DNA of 64,000 nt from an uncultured bacterium (GTDB lineage: Bacteria; Patescibacteriota; Minisyncoccia; UBA6257; 2-01-FULL-56-20), in NCBI GenBank assembly GCA_963719425.1, contig OY970382.1:71888-135887 (forward strand), in the 5' to 3' direction. Position numbers and translations under genes: made by a program. A model generated the notes under the pieces. The model did not search any database. It worked only from the letters and a program-made list of their open reading frames with translations, and was not told the origin of the DNA. Shown in pieces: positions 9,200 to 17,997 of the stretch. Each line of letters starts with the position of its first letter. Position 1 is the first letter of the stretch.

Positions 9200-10030
9200 A
9201 TGACAGAAGGGAATGAAACGACGCGAATAGAAACGGAAGACCAGAATGTTTCCACATTGTCGACCCTGATAGCCCACTTCGACGATATGAGAATGCTACC
9301 CGATAGAAAACCTGCCGTGGGGGATTTTGGACCCGTTTTAGATAGCGAATCTTTCCGCGAACATTCCTTCAAACAAAGCAAGGATGGATTCCTTTCTGTT
9401 ATCGACAAGGAAAAGGTAAAACGGTATTTGTCAGCCGAGGAGTCAACACAGGAAGCCTTCGCGTATTTGAAAAAAATAAGACGATTCGGCCAGATGTTGC
9501 GAGGCAATTATAGATTTTCAGATTCTTCACATGCAGTTCCGGAGAAGTTGCATCACTTTCTGCGCCTGCTGGGAGATTATAACGACCGCTATTGGTTGCC
9601 GGAGAAACAGGATGTGTCTCAATTACGCGCGGCGCTGGAATATATTGACGGGAAAGAATTAGTTCTTAATGGGGTCAGTAACCAAAATTTTGAGGAATAC
9701 GTGAGAAAAACCTTGGACGTTATAAAAACTCTTTTAAAGGAACCCGAGTTGCCAGCAAAAGAATTTCACGAGCTGAGAAAGCAGGTTCATCTATTTGCCG
9801 ATTTTCTGGCGGTTGCGGCATCGGAAAATTACAGAGGAGATATACATTGGCTATTTTCTTCGGTGTCGTCGCTGTCCCGCGAGCTGGGCGAACAACACGA
9901 CGATCTTGTTCGGCGGGATCTGCGTAAGGAGATAGACTATCAAAACGCCGTCGTGCAAGTAAACCCCAATATTCGTCAAGAATTTGAAAAATTAGAGCCT
10001 TATATAGAAAAAGTGACGGGGATTCAATAG
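9200..10030 (+). CDS. Hypothetical protein (276 aa, predicted all-alpha, no recognisable family), in AT-rich islet
   Basis: Long ORF with coding-like composition. Region is clearly AT-richer than its flanks. Confidence 0.5.
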   Translation: MTEGNETTRIETEDQNVSTLSTLIAHFDDMRMLPDRKPAVGDFGPVLDSESFREHSFKQSKDGFLSVIDKEKVKRYLSAEESTQEAFAYLKKIRRFGQMLRGNYRFSDSSHAVPEKLHHFLRLLGDYNDRYWLPEKQDVSQLRAALEYIDGKELVLNGVSNQNFEEYVRKTLDVIKTLLKEPELPAKEFHELRKQVHLFADFLAVAASENYRGDIHWLFSSVSSLSRELGEQHDDLVRRDLRKEIDYQNAVVQVNPNIRQEFEKLEPYIEKVTGIQ

Positions 10031-10077
10031 GAATTCTTTTAATAATTTTTTAATGTCCGGCGAGTATAATGTTCGTG

Positions 10078-10608
10078 ATGGACATCATAGGGATTTTGAA
10101 TTATCTCGGCATAACGCATGACAGGGCGCTTCCCTTTGCCATACTCATAGTGGCGATGGTTTATATTAGCTATGCTTTTACCGCGCCGATAAAACGATCT
10201 GTCTCAAAAATATCCAACGCGATATTGGAAATACAGACGATATTCCATCAGGATGGCGTGGATTTGAAATGCCATCTTGCGGAAGGAACAGGCAGCCCAT
10301 TGCGACCCACTCATTATGGGAAACAACTCATCGTGGAGAGCGGCCTGGAAACCATCTTGAATGACAAGAAGGATTTTTTGAGGACGGTGTTGACCAAGAA
10401 ACTTCCGGAGAACTATACGGAATACGACGTGCAAGAGAAAGCCCGCGAGCTTTTGATTGCGTTGAAAAGAGATCCATTGATGAATCCCGTCAAAACATAT
10501 GCGTACGAAAATGGAAAAGACATAGATATTATTTTGCGGATCGGAGGCCTGTGGCTGAGGGATGATTTTATCGGACAGGAAAGGAAGATAGTGCCCGAAA
10601 AAGGATAG
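10078..10608 (+). CDS. Hypothetical membrane-anchored protein (one N-terminal TM plus ~140-aa soluble domain)
   Basis: ORF track 10069..10608. The ATG at 10069 overlaps the TATAAT at 10060-10065, so 10078 (MDIIGILNYLG...) is the likelier start and may be leaderless. Confidence 0.45.
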   Translation: MDIIGILNYLGITHDRALPFAILIVAMVYISYAFTAPIKRSVSKISNAILEIQTIFHQDGVDLKCHLAEGTGSPLRPTHYGKQLIVESGLETILNDKKDFLRTVLTKKLPENYTEYDVQEKARELLIALKRDPLMNPVKTYAYENGKDIDIILRIGGLWLRDDFIGQERKIVPEKG

Positions 10609-10696
10609 GGCGGTTTTAACAATTTTTTAATGTGCCGTGAGTATAATGCTTTGCAAAGGTCGCAAAGCAGGCGTTGTTATTTTTATGGATACGCAT

Positions 10697-10936
10697 ACAA
10701 TGGAATGTGTGAAGACAAAATATAAATTCCCTTACATAATTGAACCGGACGAAGGCGGGTTTTATGCTACCTGCCCGGCCCTCAAAGGGTGTTCCACGCA
10801 GGGCGATACGTATGAAGAGGCACTCGCAAATATCAAAGAAGCAATCGAGGGCTATTTAGAGTGTCTTAAAAATAACGGAGAAGAAATTCCAACATCGTCA
10901 CATCATGGCTTGCCTACGGTAGAGATCGCCGTCTGA
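10697..10936 (+). CDS. hicB: HicB-family antitoxin (UPF0150/RNase H-like fold)
   Basis: YKFPYIIEPDEGGFYATCPALKGCSTQGDTYEEALANIKEAIEGYLECL is the typical HicB N-domain. Start uncertain (ORF track 10637). Confidence 0.6.
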   Translation, partial: TMECVKTKYKFPYIIEPDEGGFYATCPALKGCSTQGDTYEEALANIKEAIEGYLECLKNNGEEIPTSSHHGLPTVEIAV

Positions 10937-10939
10937 TCT

Positions 10940-11146
10940 ATGCCAAAACTTCCCCGCCTCACCGCACGACAAATAGCGGCTCGGTTAGAAGCGTGCAGGT
11001 TTTCGCTTTCGCATCAGCGCGGGAGCCATAGATTTTATCGTGATGCCGCCGGAAGATTAGTGACCGTCCCATTCCATGGCTCGCGCATCATCTGTCCCAA
11101 AACGCTGAAAGACATCATGCGCCAGGCTGGCATCGCCGAATGGTGA
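10940..11146 (+). CDS. hicA: HicA-family mRNA-interferase toxin (YcfA-like)
   Basis: LTARQIAARLEACRFSLSHQRGSHRFYRDAAGRLVTVPFHGSRIICPKTLKDIMRQAGI fits the HicA consensus (RGSH..Y......VPxH.....GTL..IL.QAG). Confidence 0.65.
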   Translation: MPKLPRLTARQIAARLEACRFSLSHQRGSHRFYRDAAGRLVTVPFHGSRIICPKTLKDIMRQAGIAEW

Positions 11147-11187
11147 AGCTTTGCAATTCCGCCGGTTTTATCTTAACTTTGAGATAC

Positions 11188-13020
11188 ATGGAATCAGCCG
11201 AAATCCGCAGGAAATTTCTAAAGTTTTTTGAGGAACGCGGGCATGTTGTGATGCCGTCGTCGTCCTTGATCCCAGACGACCCGTCAGTTCTCTTCACGAC
11301 CGCCGGCATGCAGCAGTTCAAGAAATACTATACGGGCGAGTTGGATGCCCGGAAGGATTTTCGTCTGTCCGACGGCACGCCGGCAAAAGGCATCGTTTCC
11401 ATCCAAAAATGTTTTCGCACCTCCGATATTGACGAAGTGGGCGATGCATCACACCTCACCTTCTTTGAGATGCTCGGCAACTTCAGCTTCGGCGGCTACG
11501 GAAAAAAAGAGGCGATTCGATATGCGCATGAATTTATCACTAAAGAAATGGAGCTTGCGATTGATTATGTGTCGGTCTTTGAAGGCGACCGCGACGTGCC
11601 AGCGGACGAAGAATCGGAGAAGATGTGGAAATTGCTTGATCCAAAGATCAAGATTGAACGGCATGGTCGTGAAGACAATTTCTGGGGTCCGACCGGCCCC
11701 GAGGGCCCCTGCGGCCCTACGGTGGAGATTTATGTGAAAAATGGCACGGGGAAGAGCATAGAGGTTTGGAACCTCGTTTTCAATCAATGCTACCGGCACG
11801 CGGACGGACGGCTCGCGCCGCTCAAGACGCTGGGCATTGACACCGGCATGGGCCTTGAGCGCCTTGCGATGGTCGTACAAAAAGCGCCCACAATTTTTGA
11901 GACGGATTTGTTTGCGCGGGTGATGCAAACGTTGCCGGCGGGAATTTCACCGATGGAAAAGAGAATCATTGGCGACCATAGTAGAGGGATTGTATTTTTA
12001 GTCGCGGATTGCGTTCGGCCGTCTAATAAGGGAGTTGGTTATGTGCTAAGAAGGTTGCTGAGGCGCTTGCTGAGGTATGAGGGGGAAAAGGTTATTTCTA
12101 AAGAGCTGTTTGAGAATCTTGCGACATCAATGAGCGATTACTATGGGAGATTTTACGGAGGACTCGATGGCAGGGAGGTTCTTGAGGTTATTAAGGCCGA
12201 GAGAGAAAAGTTCTCAACAAATCTTAAAAGTGCTACAAAGAACTTTATTAAAATTGCAGGCGAATACGATTTATACAGCGGCAGTCCAACAGAGATGGTA
12301 TGGAGAAAAAAGTATCAAAACGCCACTATTGCCAGTTTTATTTTCAAGATGTACGAGAGTTGCGGAAGTCCGTTTGAAATGACGGTGGATATGTTGAGGC
12401 CACACATGGAGGATTTCAATGAAGATAATTTGAAGGCAGTCCGCACCCTTTTTGATGAGAGGTTCAAAAAGCACCAGGAAATCTCCCGCGCGGGGGCGGA
12501 GAAAAAGTTCGGCGGACACGGGTTGGTTTTGGACACGGGCGAACTCAAAGCGGGAAGCGAAGAGGAGATGAAAAAAGTGCTGCGCCTGCACACGGCGACG
12601 CACTTGCTCCAGCAGGCGCTCCGCGAGGTGCTCGGCCCCGAGGTGCATCAGATGGGATCGGACATCACCCCCCTGCGCACGCGCTTTGACTTTTCCTTCC
12701 CGCGCAAAATGACGCCCGAGGAGGTTAAAAAAACAGAGGAGATCGTGAATCAAAAGATAAAGGAGGACTTGCCGGTGGGATTCAAGGAAATGCCGAAAAA
12801 CGAGGCGGAAAAACTGGGCGCACTGCACTTCTTCAAAGAGAAATATCCCGAGAGGGTGAAAGTGTATTACGTGGGCCGCGACTTCACACACGCATGGAGC
12901 AAGGAGTTCTGCGGCGGACCGCACGTCGCGCATACGGGAGAGATTGGCCATTTCAGAATTGTGAAGGAAGAAGCGGTTGGCGCCGGCATCCGGCGCATCC
13001 GCGGGACGTTGGATAATTGA
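11188..13020 (+). CDS. alaS: Alanine--tRNA ligase, short form (catalytic plus editing domains; no C-Ala domain)
   Basis: MESAEIRRKFLKFFEERGHVVMPSSSLIPDDPSVLFTTAGMQQFK...FFEMLGNFSFG (class II catalytic core). HTATHLLQQALREVLG...CGGPHVAHTGEIG (editing/SAD domain). 611 aa versus ~870 for canonical AlaRS. Confidence 0.85.
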   Translation: MESAEIRRKFLKFFEERGHVVMPSSSLIPDDPSVLFTTAGMQQFKKYYTGELDARKDFRLSDGTPAKGIVSIQKCFRTSDIDEVGDASHLTFFEMLGNFSFGGYGKKEAIRYAHEFITKEMELAIDYVSVFEGDRDVPADEESEKMWKLLDPKIKIERHGREDNFWGPTGPEGPCGPTVEIYVKNGTGKSIEVWNLVFNQCYRHADGRLAPLKTLGIDTGMGLERLAMVVQKAPTIFETDLFARVMQTLPAGISPMEKRIIGDHSRGIVFLVADCVRPSNKGVGYVLRRLLRRLLRYEGEKVISKELFENLATSMSDYYGRFYGGLDGREVLEVIKAEREKFSTNLKSATKNFIKIAGEYDLYSGSPTEMVWRKKYQNATIASFIFKMYESCGSPFEMTVDMLRPHMEDFNEDNLKAVRTLFDERFKKHQEISRAGAEKKFGGHGLVLDTGELKAGSEEEMKKVLRLHTATHLLQQALREVLGPEVHQMGSDITPLRTRFDFSFPRKMTPEEVKKTEEIVNQKIKEDLPVGFKEMPKNEAEKLGALHFFKEKYPERVKVYYVGRDFTHAWSKEFCGGPHVAHTGEIGHFRIVKEEAVGAGIRRIRGTLDN

Positions 13021-13073
13021 GATTACAGGAAGCGTTGCTTAACAAGTTCCGGCTTGGGCGCTAGAATGAAACC

Positions 13074-14267
13074 GTGAACCTGGATTTCTTCCGGCCGCGG
13101 GAAAAGTTTTTGATATTGGAGATCACGCCCACAGGCACGAACGGATTGTTTTTAAGCGTGGACGAGGGCCGGAATGTCGCGGTGGAAAAATTTGTAAGGC
13201 AGGACAATCTCAAAAAATTTCTGAGGACGCCCGCGCGGCGCATTTCCGAAACAACATGGGAAGGGGAACACCTCTTCCGTTCGCGGCGGCGCGTGGTTGC
13301 GGTGGCGGATGCAGCACTCGCGACTACGATCCCCATCCCTCTTGCGCTTCCCCGCGAGCGCGCAAACGCGAAGACGAAACTCACGATCGCGGAACTTGAA
13401 AATCTGATTGCGCAGGCGATGGCAAAGATTTTCAACGGTTGCCGGAGTGAGGCGGCGAAGCGGTTCGGGGTGGACGAGTTAGATGCGATTCTCGTCGGCG
13501 CGCATGCGAAGCATTTCACAGTGGACAGAAAGACGCATGCGAGCCCCGTGGGCGCAACAGGAAAGAAAATCTCGCTGCTTTTGGAACTTACCTTTACGAC
13601 GCGCGCGATTTTTGAAGATCTTAGGCCACTCTTCAATGCCCCGGAAGGATTCTTCTTTGGAGAAGCTCCACAGGCGCACCTCCGGGCGCTCGCGCGCATG
13701 CGCCCGCTGCCGCTCAACATAATCGCGGCGGACGGCGAAGGCGCTTCGCTCTACGTGTTTGAACGACCAAACGGGAATTACGCGGTGCTCTATCGCGAGA
13801 AGTTGGATTGGTCCTTTTCGTCGCTCATCAAAAAAGTGGTGGAAGCCCTTGCGGTGACGGAAGCAGCCGCGCAAGAGCTCTATTGCCGTTATCATAAAAA
13901 AGAAATGTCGGCGCATGCGGCGCGCGCGTTCAAGCGCATCGTGGAACCGCCGCTGCGCAATTTTCTGGAAACGATAAAAAAGAAAAGAATCAAAGGAACA
14001 ACGTATGTGGACATGCCGCATGCATTGCCGTTCACATTGCCCCACAAACACGGTAAGGCGACACTAGAGGAGTATCCCGTGGAAGAGTTGATTGGAAAAT
14101 TCGGGTTCAATCTTTCCGGGGAAGCGCGGGGGAGGGTGCGGGAAGAGGGCGAAGGCGGACGCGCCATCCTGCGGTCGCTTTTCTACTTCATAGAAGCTTA
14201 TAGTGACGAGGACCGATCTATCATCAACCAAAAGCTCCGACGCCGGCTTCATTGGCTTGTGGAGTGA
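13074..14267 (+). CDS. Hypothetical protein (possible actin-like ATPase fold, FtsA/PilM-like; weak)
   Basis: 397-aa ORF with coding composition. No confident motif. Confidence 0.45.
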   Translation: MNLDFFRPREKFLILEITPTGTNGLFLSVDEGRNVAVEKFVRQDNLKKFLRTPARRISETTWEGEHLFRSRRRVVAVADAALATTIPIPLALPRERANAKTKLTIAELENLIAQAMAKIFNGCRSEAAKRFGVDELDAILVGAHAKHFTVDRKTHASPVGATGKKISLLLELTFTTRAIFEDLRPLFNAPEGFFFGEAPQAHLRALARMRPLPLNIIAADGEGASLYVFERPNGNYAVLYREKLDWSFSSLIKKVVEALAVTEAAAQELYCRYHKKEMSAHAARAFKRIVEPPLRNFLETIKKKRIKGTTYVDMPHALPFTLPHKHGKATLEEYPVEELIGKFGFNLSGEARGRVREEGEGGRAILRSLFYFIEAYSDEDRSIINQKLRRRLHWLVE

Positions 14268-14374
14268 CGCTATACAGGCTGCCATGCCTCTTTTTCTCCT
14301 CCGAAGACGAAGTCGCAAAAAGAGGCATGGCGACCTGCCGGAAATGTGATATACTTTTTATAACTTGTGTCCCA

Positions 14375-16075
14375 ATGAAAAAATTAGCCGTTCTTAAAGA
14401 GGAGGGCGTTGCAGAGGTCATTGACCGCGTCCTTGATGAACCAGACGAGGAGATTGTGCTTGTTGTCCCGACTGGGTCCGCGCTCGGGCATTCGGTACGC
14501 AATTTCCACCTTTTGAAGCGCGAGGCCTCCGCGGAGGGAAAAACGGTGGTCATAGAATCCGTGGATGAGACGATTCTCGCCTTTGCGAAAGAAAGTGGTC
14601 TTGAAGGAAGCCATCCGCTCTGGCGCGGCGTGCGTGGCGCAGGCGGCGTTTCGGATATTGTTCCGGTAAGCGAGGAAATAGAAGAAACGGAAGAAACGGA
14701 AGAAACGCAACCGCCGAAAAGGCGCGGCAGGAAAAAAACGGAAGGGACAAGGCTCGTTGTGCACGAGGAGCCGTCCGTGGGCGAGGATGAGTCCGCTGAG
14801 GGCGAGATCGCAGAGGAAGCGGTCGCCATTGAGGAAGCGGAGCACAGGTTTTTCAAAAAAAGGAGCCCTACGGAACTTGCGGAACTGTCCGGATCAGAAG
14901 AGGAGAGAGAAGTGGAAAAAAGGGCTCGCCGATGGCTGCCTCGCAGATTCGTTTTTTGGGGGCCGGGCGTGGTTGTCCTTATCCTCATTATCCTTGGTGT
15001 GATGACGTGGTATTTCGGGCGCGTGAGCATTGCCATTGATTTCCAAAAAACGCCATGGATCTATAGCGGCGCTTTCGTGGCAGATAAGTCCGTTACGACA
15101 ACAACGCAAAAAGCGGGCGTAATCACGATTCCGGCGCAGATATTCTCCGCGCAAAAGAATACTACCCAACTTTTCCCGGCGTCCGGCAACGCGAATGTTT
15201 CCATAAAAGCGCAGGGAACCGTCACGATCTACAATGCCTATAGTTCTTCAAAGCAGGATCTTGTGGCTGCCACGCGTTTTGTGACGCCGGACGGGAAATT
15301 GTTCCGGCTTGTGAACGGCGTCACCGTGCCGGGCGCACAGGTGACGAATGGTGCGATTGTACCATCATCCATTGATGCGCAGGTCGTTGCCGATCAGCCT
15401 GGGGCTGACTATAACGTGGGCCCTGTGGACAAATTGACCATACCGGGTTTCCAAGGTTCTCCGAAGTATGACGCGTTCTACGGTCAGTTGAAGAATGGAA
15501 CGAGCGGCGGCTTTGTGGGGGCGAAAGCGGTGCCGACCGCGGCGGACATCGCGAGCGCAAAAACGAAGGTGACGAGTCTTCTGCAGGCGAGCCTCGCAAA
15601 CAACCCTACGACAAACTACCCCAGTATTAAAATTCCGGACGGGGCAACAAATATCATCGTAACAAAGCTCACGGCGAACACTTCAACGGACAGCAACGGC
15701 AATTTCAGCGTCTTCGGCGAGGCTTCGCTCCAGGCGGTCGGTTTTAACGAATCGGTGCTCAAGGCGTATCTCCTTGCACAAGCGCAGGCGCAAGAAGCAA
15801 GCTCAACTCTCAGTTCGTCCACACTAGAGTACAGTGGAGTAAAGGCGGACTTTACGAAAGGTACGGTCAGTTTTTCGGTCACGGGGCAGGGAGCGCTTGA
15901 ACCCACGTTTGATGAGGATGCATTCAAGGCAAGTATTGCGGGAAAGAGCATTAATGATGCCCGCCAAGCGATTGCGGCGCTCCCTGGGCTTGCAGACGGC
16001 AAGATTTCCGCATGGCCCATGTGGCTCTGGAACATCCCCTCGGATCCCAATAAGATAAAATTGACCGTGGACTGA
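14375..16075 (+). CDS. Hypothetical membrane protein (cytoplasmic N-domain, KE-rich linker, one TM, large extracytoplasmic domain)
   Basis: ORF track 14252..16075. Likely start MKKLAVLKEEG at 14375. TM FVFWGPGVVVLILIILGVMTWYF. Confidence 0.45.
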   Translation: MKKLAVLKEEGVAEVIDRVLDEPDEEIVLVVPTGSALGHSVRNFHLLKREASAEGKTVVIESVDETILAFAKESGLEGSHPLWRGVRGAGGVSDIVPVSEEIEETEETEETQPPKRRGRKKTEGTRLVVHEEPSVGEDESAEGEIAEEAVAIEEAEHRFFKKRSPTELAELSGSEEEREVEKRARRWLPRRFVFWGPGVVVLILIILGVMTWYFGRVSIAIDFQKTPWIYSGAFVADKSVTTTTQKAGVITIPAQIFSAQKNTTQLFPASGNANVSIKAQGTVTIYNAYSSSKQDLVAATRFVTPDGKLFRLVNGVTVPGAQVTNGAIVPSSIDAQVVADQPGADYNVGPVDKLTIPGFQGSPKYDAFYGQLKNGTSGGFVGAKAVPTAADIASAKTKVTSLLQASLANNPTTNYPSIKIPDGATNIIVTKLTANTSTDSNGNFSVFGEASLQAVGFNESVLKAYLLAQAQAQEASSTLSSSTLEYSGVKADFTKGTVSFSVTGQGALEPTFDEDAFKASIAGKSINDARQAIAALPGLADGKISAWPMWLWNIPSDPNKIKLTVD

Positions 16076-16079
16076 AGGT

Positions 16080-16110
16080 TTGACACAAAATGAAGGAAAG
16101 CGCTATAATC
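16080..16110 (+). promoter_or_regulatory. Candidate sigma-70 promoter for the infA-rpmJ-rpsM... operon
   Basis: TTGACA (16080-16085), ~18-bp spacer, then TATAAT. Confidence 0.35.
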
Positions 16111-16156
16111 GTTCCGTTGCGTCTACTATGAGCCTGAGCTCGGTTTTTATTTGGGA

Positions 16157-16363
16157 ATGACGGAAGGCGCGAAGGAAGGAAGAGTCCTGGAAGCCTTGCC
16201 GAGCTTGATGTTCCGGGTACAGCTCGCGGGAAGTGAAGCGCCCGTTCTCGCGCACCTCGCGGGAAAGATGAAGATGCACAACATCCGGGTTCTTCCCGGC
16301 GATCGGGTGCTCGTCACGCTTTCTCCCGATGGCACGCGAGGGCGTATCGTACGCCGGCTCTAG
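16157..16363 (+). CDS. infA: Translation initiation factor IF-1
   Basis: [64 protein letters not shown]1-like IF-1. Confidence 0.85.
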   Translation: MTEGAKEGRVLEALPSLMFRVQLAGSEAPVLAHLAGKMKMHNIRVLPGDRVLVTLSPDGTRGRIVRRL

Positions 16364-16394
16364 GCGTGGCATGGTACCAATGTGCACGCTATCT

Positions 16395-16508
16395 ATGAAA
16401 GTGCGAAGTTCGGTAAAAAAAATATGTGCGAGTTGCCAGGTCGTCAAACGCCGCGGCAAGGTTTATATTGTGTGCAAAAATCCGAAACATAAACAGCGGC
16501 AGGGCTAA
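16395..16508 (+). CDS. rpmJ: 50S ribosomal protein L36 (too short for the ORF track)
   Basis: Hand translation [37 protein letters not shown]. Canonical position between infA and rpsM. Confidence 0.8.
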   Translation: MKVRSSVKKICASCQVVKRRGKVYIVCKNPKHKQRQG

Positions 16509-16521
16509 TCCTGTTTTTCTC

Positions 16522-16905
16522 ATGCGTATTCTTGGCGTTAACATTCCAGACAATAAGAGAACGGAAATCGCGCTTACCTACCTCTACGGCATCGGGCGGT
16601 CTTTGAGCGCGAAAACGCTTGCGGCGGCAAAGGTAGACGGAGGGAAGCGTGCGAAGGATCTCACCGCCGACGAGGTTGCGCGCATCCAGGGCTTCATAGA
16701 AAAGAATTTTCTGGTGGAGGGAATGCTTCGCCAGCGTATCAAGACCAACATCAGCCGGCTGAAAGATCTGCAGACCTATCGCGGGTTGCGGCATCTTCGC
16801 CGGCTGCCCGTCCGCGGCCAGCGCACGCGCACAAATTCCCGCACCGTGCGCGGGAACGTACGAAAGACCGCCGGCAGCGGTAAGAGAAAGGTTGAGCTCA
16901 AGTAA
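16522..16905 (+). CDS. rpsM: 30S ribosomal protein S13
   Basis: MRILGVNIPDNKRTEIALTYLYGIGRSLS... Confidence 0.9.
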   Translation: MRILGVNIPDNKRTEIALTYLYGIGRSLSAKTLAAAKVDGGKRAKDLTADEVARIQGFIEKNFLVEGMLRQRIKTNISRLKDLQTYRGLRHLRRLPVRGQRTRTNSRTVRGNVRKTAGSGKRKVELK

Positions 16906-16910
16906 CGCCC

Positions 16911-17366
16911 ATGGGAAAGAAGAAAATCACAACGCCGGCGACGGAAGAAGCCCAGAAGACGCAAGCAGGGGCGGATTCGGCTGCGGCAAAGGCGGCGGCT
17001 CCCGCGAAGCGCGCGAAGAAGGTCGCGCAAGGGCGGGTATATATCAATGCTTCCTACAATAACACGACGATTACGGTAACCGACGAACAGGGCGACGTGC
17101 TTGCCTGGGCATCGGCGGGTTCGCTTGGTTTCTCCGGACCGAAGAAGGCGACGCCGTTCGCTTCGTCAAAAGTGATCGCCGCGATCGCCGAAAAGATCCA
17201 GGCAACAGGCCCTGCGGATATCCATGTAATCGTAAAGGGCATTGGCTCCGGCCGCGATTCGGCCATCCGATCGCTCATCAACCAGGGATTTAACATTCTT
17301 TCCATTAAAGATGCCACGCCGATCCCACATAACGGGCCTCGTCCGCCCAAAGTCCGCCGCGTCTAG
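16911..17366 (+). CDS. rpsK: 30S ribosomal protein S11
   Basis: RVYINASYNNTTITVTDEQGDVLAWASAGSLGFSGPKKATPFA... Confidence 0.9.
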   Translation: MGKKKITTPATEEAQKTQAGADSAAAKAAAPAKRAKKVAQGRVYINASYNNTTITVTDEQGDVLAWASAGSLGFSGPKKATPFASSKVIAAIAEKIQATGPADIHVIVKGIGSGRDSAIRSLINQGFNILSIKDATPIPHNGPRPPKVRRV

Positions 17367-17374
17367 AAATTTCC

Positions 17375-17992
17375 ATGATCGGTCCCAAAGAAAAAAAAGA
17401 ACGGGCGTTGGGCACTCACCTTGGGCTCAAGGGCGATCGCGGCATGTCGCCGAAGTCCGCGGTCCTGCGGAAACCTTACCGTCCCGGCGTGCATGGCCCG
17501 CGCTCGCGGCCCCGGGCGCTTTCGGAGTTCGGCCTCCAGATCCGCGAGAAGCGGAAATTCAAGCTGAGCTACGGCGTTGATGAACGCGGGTTGAAGCGGC
17601 TTTTCAAGATGGCACTCGCGGCCAAGGGCGCTTCCGGCGGAAAGATGCTAGAGTTCCTTGAGAGCCGCCTGGACAACGTGGTCTACCGCCTTGGTTTCGC
17701 TCCTACGAGGCTCGCCGCGCGGCAGCTTGTCGTCCACAGCCATATCGCGGTCAACAAAAAAAAGGTGCGGTCGCCGGGCTTCATGGTCAAAAAAGGGGAC
17801 ATTGTCGCCGTGCGCGAAGGTTCGGAGATGAACGTAGCGATCGCAAAGCGGAGGGAATTGCTCAAAAAGTACGATCCGCCTTCCTGGCTTTCACTCCATC
17901 CGGAAAAGATGGAAGGCACGGTGCTTTCCCCGCCGGTAGATTTGGACATTCCTTTTGAAATAAACCTTTTGGTCGAATCATTCTCAAAATAA
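17375..17992 (+). CDS. rpsD: 30S ribosomal protein S4
   Basis: LESRLDNVVYRLGFAPTRLAARQLVVHSHIAVNKKKVRSPGFMVKKGDIV. Confidence 0.9.
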   Translation: MIGPKEKKERALGTHLGLKGDRGMSPKSAVLRKPYRPGVHGPRSRPRALSEFGLQIREKRKFKLSYGVDERGLKRLFKMALAAKGASGGKMLEFLESRLDNVVYRLGFAPTRLAARQLVVHSHIAVNKKKVRSPGFMVKKGDIVAVREGSEMNVAIAKRRELLKKYDPPSWLSLHPEKMEGTVLSPPVDLDIPFEINLLVESFSK

Positions 17993-17997
17993 AAATT

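Noticed and set aside
5841-9257. Long antisense ORFs opposite dnaG (5841..6884-) and rpoD (8193..9257-, 8438..9109-)
   Set aside because: The sense strand carries unambiguous dnaG and rpoD motifs. The antisense ORFs are Arg/Ala-rich artefacts of high GC.
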